DNA of 64,000 nucleotides, taken from NCBI GenBank assembly GCA_016219705.1, contig JACRKQ010000053.1, positions 6,793 to 70,792 of the forward strand, written 5' to 3'. The position numbers and the translations under genes are program-made. The first letter of the stretch is position 1. The number at the start of each line of letters is the position of its first letter. Under the pieces are notes generated by a model, which saw only the letters and a program-made list of their open reading frames with translations, ran no database searches and had not been told where the DNA came from. Origin of the DNA: Candidatus Saganbacteria bacterium (GTDB taxonomy: Bacteria; Margulisbacteria; WOR-1; O2-12-FULL-45-9). Shown piece by piece: positions 52,622 to 59,058 of this stretch.

Positions 52622-52995
52622 TTATATAAATCCTTTATTTTGGAAAAATAAATTTCTGTAAATTTTCTGGTGCAAAGCTTATAAAATTGAAATTTGTTGT
52701 CCGGATATCTGGCCTCTAAGTTGAAATCATTGATTTCTTTAAGAAAATTTATCGTTTCAACTGGCAAGCTTAATTTTGTTTTCTCTGCTAAATAATCTAA
52801 TTTGTGGATTTTTGGTGGGAAAGCGTTATTATCCCTGACATAATAAGCTTTGAGAACTTTTTCTATTACGAGATGAGCTAAAAATAGACACCAGTCATAA
52901 TGTTGGCTTGTGAATAAAGCTTCTGCTGTTTCTAAATCATGATGGGCTGATTTTAGCCAGTATTCTATCTGCTCTTTAATACTTTTAGCGAACAT
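52594..52995 (-). CDS. HEPN-domain protein (toxin partner of MNT)
   Basis: Pfam HEPN-like pattern (...QAVEKaLKA..., KIHKLDYL, EARYPD), overlaps MNT gene by 28 nt. Confidence 0.65.
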   Translation of the reverse strand: MFAKSIKEQIEYWLKSAHHDLETAEALFTSQHYDWCLFLAHLVIEKVLKAYYVRDNNAFPPKIHKLDYLAEKTKLSLPVETINFLKEINDFNLEARYPDNKFQFYKLCTRKFTEIYFSKIKDLYKWLLKEIKI

Positions 52996-53047
52996 GTTTA
53001 TATATTATACATTATTAATAATTTGATGTAAAATAAGGAATTATATC

Positions 53048-53815
53048 ATGCCCAATCTATCAGAACTGCTTAAAGAAATCGACCGCAAAAAGGCCTTAAT
53101 TGATCAGGCGAGGCCGCTGCCGAAAATTATTGTCGACAAGCTGTCGGAATATTTTACGGTTGAGTGGACTTATACGAGTAATGCGATAGAAGGGAACACT
53201 CTGGACCGGGCGGAAACTCTGGCTGTCTTAAAAGACGGTGCGACCATTGGTGGCAAGTCTTTAAAAGAGCATTTAGAGGCCATTAATCATAAAGCGGCCA
53301 TTACCTACATTAATGAAATATTTACTAAGGTTGAGCCGATTACGCAAAACGATATCAAATATCTCCACTCCTTGATTTTACGGGGGATCAATGACCGCTA
53401 CGCCGGACATTATCGGGATGTTGACGTTATTATTGTCGGCGCCAAACATATCCCTCCGCTGCCCGATAAAGTTCCCGCACTGATGAATGATTTTTCCCTG
53501 TGGCTGGTGGACCGACAGGAGACAAGAGATCTGCACCCTGTGGAATTTGCGGTGCTGGCACATTATCAGCTGGTCAATATTCATCCTTTTATTGACGGCA
53601 ACGGCAGAACATCCCGCTTGTTGATGAATCTGATTTTAATGAAATATGGTTATCCCATTGCTATTATTGATTGTGAAAAGGAGCCGCGGACTATTTATTA
53701 TCATGCCATAAGAAAAGCTGATGATGGCGACAATGTGCCGTTTAAAATTCTTGTTGCTGAATACGTTAACAAAACGGCGGATATTTATGTCGGCTCGATT
53801 CCAAAAAGGGGATAA
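53048..53815 (+). CDS. Fic-family protein, class II - paralog 2
   Basis: HPFIDGNGRTSRLL and TSNAIEGN motifs; ~60% aa identity to paralog 1 with near-identical termini. Confidence 0.8.
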   Translation: MPNLSELLKEIDRKKALIDQARPLPKIIVDKLSEYFTVEWTYTSNAIEGNTLDRAETLAVLKDGATIGGKSLKEHLEAINHKAAITYINEIFTKVEPITQNDIKYLHSLILRGINDRYAGHYRDVDVIIVGAKHIPPLPDKVPALMNDFSLWLVDRQETRDLHPVEFAVLAHYQLVNIHPFIDGNGRTSRLLMNLILMKYGYPIAIIDCEKEPRTIYYHAIRKADDGDNVPFKILVAEYVNKTADIYVGSIPKRG

Positions 53816-53836
53816 TTTGAACTTTACAGATTGTAC

Positions 53837-53856
53837 ATAATATCGTACAATTAAAA
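53837..53856. promoter_or_regulatory. inverted repeat TTGTAC-n8-GTACAA upstream of phd/relE
   Basis: Direct reading. Confidence 0.35.
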
Positions 53857-53869
53857 AAAAGGGTGGGGT

Positions 53870-54145
53870 ATGAAAAAAAATGAAACAACTATTCCTGTGA
53901 GCGAAGCGCGCCAGAAACTCCCGGAGCTGGTGGACAACGTTAGAAAGCTGCATAACCGTTATTTTATTTCCCGCCGCGGCAAGGTAGAGGCGGTGATTGT
54001 CAGTTCTGAAGAATTTGAAAGCTGGGGGGAAACGCTGGACATTGTCGCCAATCGGGCGGAGATGAAGGCCATGGCCCGGGCTTTTGCCGACATTAAAAAA
54101 GGCCGGGTAAAATATTTTGAAGATATATTTGGAGACAAGGCCTGA
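53870..54145 (+). CDS. Phd/YefM-family antitoxin
   Basis: IPVSEARQKLPELVD...VIVSSEEFESW pattern. Confidence 0.7.
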   Translation: MKKNETTIPVSEARQKLPELVDNVRKLHNRYFISRRGKVEAVIVSSEEFESWGETLDIVANRAEMKAMARAFADIKKGRVKYFEDIFGDKA

Positions 54146-54396
54146 TGACGCGCGAGGTGCTTTTTACCCGCGAAGCGAAAAAAAATCTAAAAAAATTGCC
54201 AAATCATGTTCTGGAAAAGGTTAAAACAGCGGTTTTGGAGATCAGAGAAAATTCCTTATCAGGCAAGCCGCTTAGAGGCATTTTAAAAGGGCAATATTCT
54301 TTTCGCATTGGCGACTATCGCATCGTTTATTTATTGTCAGGCAGAAACCAGATTTACATTCTTTACGTCCGCCATCGTCGCGATGCGTATAAGTAA
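54145..54396 (+). CDS. RelE/ParE-family toxin
   Basis: 83 aa, YRIVYLLSGRNQIYILYVRHRRDAY C-terminal pattern; start overlaps phd stop. Confidence 0.7.
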   Translation: MTREVLFTREAKKNLKKLPNHVLEKVKTAVLEIRENSLSGKPLRGILKGQYSFRIGDYRIVYLLSGRNQIYILYVRHRRDAYK

Positions 54397-54427
54397 AAAA
54401 TATCATTAGAAAGGATGTGTTAAAGAT

Positions 54428-56008
54428 ATGAAAGTCCTAGCTTCTGACAAAATTGATGAAAGTGGTTTGAAGATGCTCCGTGACGCTGGTATTGAGGCCG
54501 ACATGAAGATTGGATTGCCGGAAGAAGAATTGGTCAAAATTATTCCGCAATATGACGCCTTAATCGTCCGCTCTGATACCAAAGTTACGCCAAAAATCAT
54601 TGAAGCCGGAAAAAAATTACAAATTATCGGACGGGCCGGCGTTGGCGTTGACAACGTCGATTTACCGACGGCGACCAAAAACGGCGTGATCGTCGTCAAT
54701 TCTCCAGAGGGAAACACCGTTGCCGCCGCGGAACATTCCTTTGCGATGCTGCTGGCGATGGCCAGACAAATTCCACAGGCCCACGGAAAATTGAAAACCG
54801 GCGTCTGGGACAAAAAGAGCTTCAAAGGAGTCGAAGTCTTGAACAAAGTTCTGGGTGTGGTCGGTTTAGGGAAAATTGGCCGCCGCGTGGCTTCGTATGC
54901 TCTGGGTATGGGGATGAAGGTTCTTGCTTACGATCCCTTTGTGACCGAAGAATATGCCAAGTCACTTGGAGTCGAATTAAAACCGCTTGATCAAGTTCTT
55001 AACCAGGCTAATTTTGTAACTTTTCACATTCCCAAGACCAAAGAGACTGCCAATTTGATTAACAAAGCAACTTTGGCCAAGATGAAAAAAGGTGTTCGCT
55101 TGATCAACGTTGCCCGCGGAGGAATTATCAATGAGGCTGATCTGTGTGAAGCGTTAAAAAGCGGCCAAGTTGCGGCGGCGGCGCTTGATGTTTTTGAAAA
55201 AGAGCCTTTGTCTGCGGACAGTCCATTATTAAATTTGGATAATATAGTTGTTACTCCGCACCTTGGCGCTTCGACCGTTGAAGCTCAAGTCAATGTGGCC
55301 ATTGATGTGGTCGAGCAGATTATTGATGTTCTGCAGGGTGGGGTGGCCCGTTCGGCGGTAAACATTCCTTCGATGAAACCGGAATTGATCGCTCCGGTCC
55401 GGCCCTTTATGGGGATTACGGAAAAATTGGGAACTTTAGCGGCCCAGTTAGTCCCGGGGGCGGTTTCTAAAGTCAGTGTTGAATACAGCGGCGAAATTGC
55501 GGAGAAAGAGATCTCGCCGCTGACGACAACGCTGCTTAAGGGTTTGCTAACCCCAATGATGGATGTCGTCGTTAATTTTGTCAACGCGCCATTGATCGCC
55601 AAAGAACGCGGGATAGAAATTACGGAGACTAAAAATTGCGAGGCCCGTGATTTCGCAAATTTAATCAAAGTAAAAGTGGTCTCCGCCCAGGGGAGCCGCG
55701 AAGTCGGCGGTACAGTTTTTGTTGGGGTGGGAGATCGCCTGGTTTTGATCGACGGCTACCGTGTTGACGCCGATCCCAGCGGTTATTTATTAATAATTTC
55801 CAATATTGATAAGCCGGGGATGATTGGTAAAGTTGGGACTTGTTTGGGGCAGCATGGTATAAACATTGCTTCCATGGATGTCGGGCGGCTTACAGTCAAT
55901 GAAAAAGCAGTTATGGTTCTCAATGTAGATAATACTGTCTCTGATACTGTCATAAAAGATTTAACGGCGATTGATGGGATTGCCGGGGCGACGCTGGTAA
56001 AACTTTAA
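54428..56008 (+). CDS. serA: D-3-phosphoglycerate dehydrogenase
   Basis: 2-hydroxyacid DH fold (GLGKIGRRVA), C-terminal ACT domain, 526 aa. Confidence 0.85.
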   Translation: MKVLASDKIDESGLKMLRDAGIEADMKIGLPEEELVKIIPQYDALIVRSDTKVTPKIIEAGKKLQIIGRAGVGVDNVDLPTATKNGVIVVNSPEGNTVAAAEHSFAMLLAMARQIPQAHGKLKTGVWDKKSFKGVEVLNKVLGVVGLGKIGRRVASYALGMGMKVLAYDPFVTEEYAKSLGVELKPLDQVLNQANFVTFHIPKTKETANLINKATLAKMKKGVRLINVARGGIINEADLCEALKSGQVAAAALDVFEKEPLSADSPLLNLDNIVVTPHLGASTVEAQVNVAIDVVEQIIDVLQGGVARSAVNIPSMKPELIAPVRPFMGITEKLGTLAAQLVPGAVSKVSVEYSGEIAEKEISPLTTTLLKGLLTPMMDVVVNFVNAPLIAKERGIEITETKNCEARDFANLIKVKVVSAQGSREVGGTVFVGVGDRLVLIDGYRVDADPSGYLLIISNIDKPGMIGKVGTCLGQHGINIASMDVGRLTVNEKAVMVLNVDNTVSDTVIKDLTAIDGIAGATLVKL

Positions 56009-56009
56009 A

Positions 56010-56783
56010 ATGTTCTGGTTGGGCCGCAAGAAAATAGGCTTGGCTTTGGGCGGCGGGGTAGCGCGGGGCATTGCTCATGTTGGCGTGTTGCGAGTTATTG
56101 AGGAATCCCGCCTTCCGGTTGAATATGTCGCGGCCACGTCGGCCGGGGCGATAATTGGCGCGGTTTATGCCGCCGGGTTAAGCCTGGCAAGAATTGAAGA
56201 ACTCGCCTTAAAGATCCGCTGGTCGAAAATTTTGAAACTAGCTTTTTTTCGCCCAGGATTAATAACCTCCCAGGTAATTGAAGATCTAATAATTGAATAC
56301 ATAGGGGATAAAGATTTTAAAGAATTGAAAATCCCTCTGGCCGTTGTGGCCACAGATCTTAAAACCGGCGGGCCAGTAATTATTAGAAGCGGCAGTGTGG
56401 CTAGAGCAGTGTCGGCTAGCGCCTCATTTCCTGGTTTATTTTCTCCGGTTATCTATAATAGCCAGCATTTGATTGACGGCGGCCTGGCCTATAATTTACC
56501 AGTTAGCGTCGTTAGGGAGCTGGGAGCAAATTTTGTTATAGCTTCAGATGTTATCCCGGCAATTCCGCCACACCATTTACCCCAAACGCCTCTGCATGTT
56601 TTTGGACGGGCCCTGGATATCCTCCTTAATAAATTGTCTTTTCAAGAGCGCAAGCTGGCGGATATTCTGATCGAGCCGCATTATTCCGAAGATATCTATC
56701 CTTTTGATATGCATAAAGCCAGAAAATTGATCGCCGCGGGAGAAATTGCGGCGCATAAAGCATTAAAATATGTTAAAATATAA
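56010..56783 (+). CDS. patatin-like phospholipase
   Basis: GGGVARGIAHVGVL oxyanion motif, ATSAG (GxSxG variant) and DGG dyad. Confidence 0.75.
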   Translation: MFWLGRKKIGLALGGGVARGIAHVGVLRVIEESRLPVEYVAATSAGAIIGAVYAAGLSLARIEELALKIRWSKILKLAFFRPGLITSQVIEDLIIEYIGDKDFKELKIPLAVVATDLKTGGPVIIRSGSVARAVSASASFPGLFSPVIYNSQHLIDGGLAYNLPVSVVRELGANFVIASDVIPAIPPHHLPQTPLHVFGRALDILLNKLSFQERKLADILIEPHYSEDIYPFDMHKARKLIAAGEIAAHKALKYVKI

Positions 56784-56820
56784 ATATCTTAATGAATTCA
56801 ATTAAGAAAGGGGAGAATTA

Positions 56821-59055
56821 ATGTCAGAATCTAGTGTTGTGCTACCGGTTTTGGGCGCGTTAGAATTAAATTTGCTTTGGTTGGTCTTTGGTTCGGCTAT
56901 TGTTGCTTTATTATACGGTGGGTTCCTGGCCTGGAAAGTTCTAAGGGAACCGCAAGGCTCTAACGCGATGATTGAAGTCTCAAAAGCCATCCAGGAGGGA
57001 TCAGCGGCTTATCTTTCCCGCCAATTCAAAGTTATGGCGGTTTTTATTTTACTTTTAACGGCGGGCCTTTATTTTATGTATCGGCCGATATATTCTAATA
57101 ATCCGGTTTTACCTATCGGGATTGCGATTGCTTTCCTATTGGGTTCGATTGCTTCCGCCGGGGCTGGTTTTGTCGGTATGAGTTTAGCTGTTCGAGCTAA
57201 CACTCGGGTGGCTAACGCCGCGTTAACCAGTTTCAAAAAATCACTGGAAATTGCTTTTCAGGCCGGGACTATTTCCGGCATGTTTACCGTGGGGTTTGGT
57301 CTCCTGGGCGCTGTCATAATCTTCATGATCTTCCGCCAGGATGCGATGAAGGTTTTAGTCGGCTTTGGTTTCGGCGGCTGTTTGGTCGCTCTCTTCATGA
57401 GGATCGGCGGCGGTATTTTTACCAAAGCGGCTGATGTCGGCGCCGATTTAGTCGGAAAAGTCGAGAAAAATATCCCTGAAGATGATCCGCGCAATGCAGC
57501 CGTTATCGCTGATAATGTTGGTGATAACGTCGGTGACTGTGCTGGCATGGCGGCGGATGTCTTTGAAAGCTACGAAGTAACCCTGGTGGCGGCGATAATT
57601 TTGGGGGCGGGTGTTCTTCTGGAACCAAGCTTTAAGGCTGCTTACGGGGTCTTAGCCTCGGCTATGGCCTTAAAGTTAATTATTTATCCGCTGTTGGTTC
57701 GTGCTGTTGGTGTCTTTGCTTCAATCATTGGCACGATGGTCGTCCGCGGTAAGGACGGTGAGCAGGTTGGCGACGCAATGAAGCCGATTAAATTTGGTTT
57801 TTGGGTTGCCGCCTTGACATCAATAGCTGGTTTTGGCTTGGTTAATTATTTGTATTTAAAAGATTGGCGTTTTTTCTTTGCGACTTTAACCGGTATCATT
57901 TTGGCAATTGTGATTGAATGGATCACCGATTATTATACTCACACCGAACATCGGCCGGTAAAAGAGACCTCTTTTTCCACGAAGACTGGCCCAGCGACGA
58001 CAATTTTAACGGGTTTCGGCTTAGCTCAAGAATCTTCGGTTTGGGCGATACTGGCCATTGGCGTAACCATTTTTGTCTCCATGAGCATCTTTGCCGGAGA
58101 CCTGGCGTTAGCGGCTTATGGCGTTGCTTTGGCTGGCCTGGGGCTATTAACAACGACTGGTTTTATTCTGGCCGAAGATACCTTCGGTCCGATATCTGAT
58201 AATGCTAACGGTATTTTCGAAATGTCGGGAGCGAACAAAGGGGCAGGGGCGAAGGCGCAGGAAATCATCACCAAGCTGGATGCGGTGGGAAATACGACTA
58301 AGGCGCTAACCAAAGGATTTGCGATTGCCACCGCAGTTATCGCGGCCATTGCTTTATTTAAATCATTTATTGCTGAAGGCGGACTGGCAAATATTGGTAT
58401 TCAGTTGAATATGCCCGAAGTCTTTATCGGCTTATTAATTGGCGGTGCGGTGCCGTTTCTTTTCTCTTCTTTCTTAATCGGCGCCGTCAGTCGTTCGGCA
58501 ACTAAAGTGGTGGAAGAAGTTCGGCGCCAATTCAGGGAAATTCCTGGCTTGATGGAAGGGAAGAATAAGCCGGAGTATTTTAAGTGTGTTGATATTGTTA
58601 CGGCTAGTGCGCAAAAAGAATTGGTGGGTCCGGCCATTTTAGCCGTTTGCACTCCGATCGCGGTTGGGTTTGGTTTAGGCGCGGCGGCATTAGGCGGATA
58701 CCTGGCTGGTGCGATTCTGGTTGGACAATTGCTGGCGGTTCTTTTGGCTAATTCGGGCGCTATTTGGGACAATGCCAAAAAAGTGATTGAAATGGGGGCT
58801 TATGGCGGCAAGGGGAGCGATTCTCACAAAGCGGCGGTTATTGGTGACACGGTCGGGGATCCATTTAAAGATACGGCTGGCCCGGCGCTGAACCCATTGA
58901 TCAAGGTGATGAACCTGGTGGCGATTCTAATTGTTCCGATGATTATCATTAATCTAGCTCCCGAGGTTAGATATACAGTTGTTGGAATTGCCGTCGGCTT
59001 AATTGGTCTAGCCTTTTGGCTGTCCAAGAGAGAAAAAATGATGGAGGAGAAATAG
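56821..59055 (+). CDS. hppA: membrane-bound H+-translocating pyrophosphatase
   Basis: GDNVGDNVGDCAGMAADVFESYEV signature, 744 aa polytopic. Confidence 0.9.
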   Translation: MSESSVVLPVLGALELNLLWLVFGSAIVALLYGGFLAWKVLREPQGSNAMIEVSKAIQEGSAAYLSRQFKVMAVFILLLTAGLYFMYRPIYSNNPVLPIGIAIAFLLGSIASAGAGFVGMSLAVRANTRVANAALTSFKKSLEIAFQAGTISGMFTVGFGLLGAVIIFMIFRQDAMKVLVGFGFGGCLVALFMRIGGGIFTKAADVGADLVGKVEKNIPEDDPRNAAVIADNVGDNVGDCAGMAADVFESYEVTLVAAIILGAGVLLEPSFKAAYGVLASAMALKLIIYPLLVRAVGVFASIIGTMVVRGKDGEQVGDAMKPIKFGFWVAALTSIAGFGLVNYLYLKDWRFFFATLTGIILAIVIEWITDYYTHTEHRPVKETSFSTKTGPATTILTGFGLAQESSVWAILAIGVTIFVSMSIFAGDLALAAYGVALAGLGLLTTTGFILAEDTFGPISDNANGIFEMSGANKGAGAKAQEIITKLDAVGNTTKALTKGFAIATAVIAAIALFKSFIAEGGLANIGIQLNMPEVFIGLLIGGAVPFLFSSFLIGAVSRSATKVVEEVRRQFREIPGLMEGKNKPEYFKCVDIVTASAQKELVGPAILAVCTPIAVGFGLGAAALGGYLAGAILVGQLLAVLLANSGAIWDNAKKVIEMGAYGGKGSDSHKAAVIGDTVGDPFKDTAGPALNPLIKVMNLVAILIVPMIIINLAPEVRYTVVGIAVGLIGLAFWLSKREKMMEEK

Positions 59056-59058
59056 ACT

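Noticed and set aside
56784-56820. Near-palindrome CTTAATGAATTCAATTAAG upstream of hppA
   Set aside because: Imperfect, centred on an EcoRI site; too weak to call an operator.
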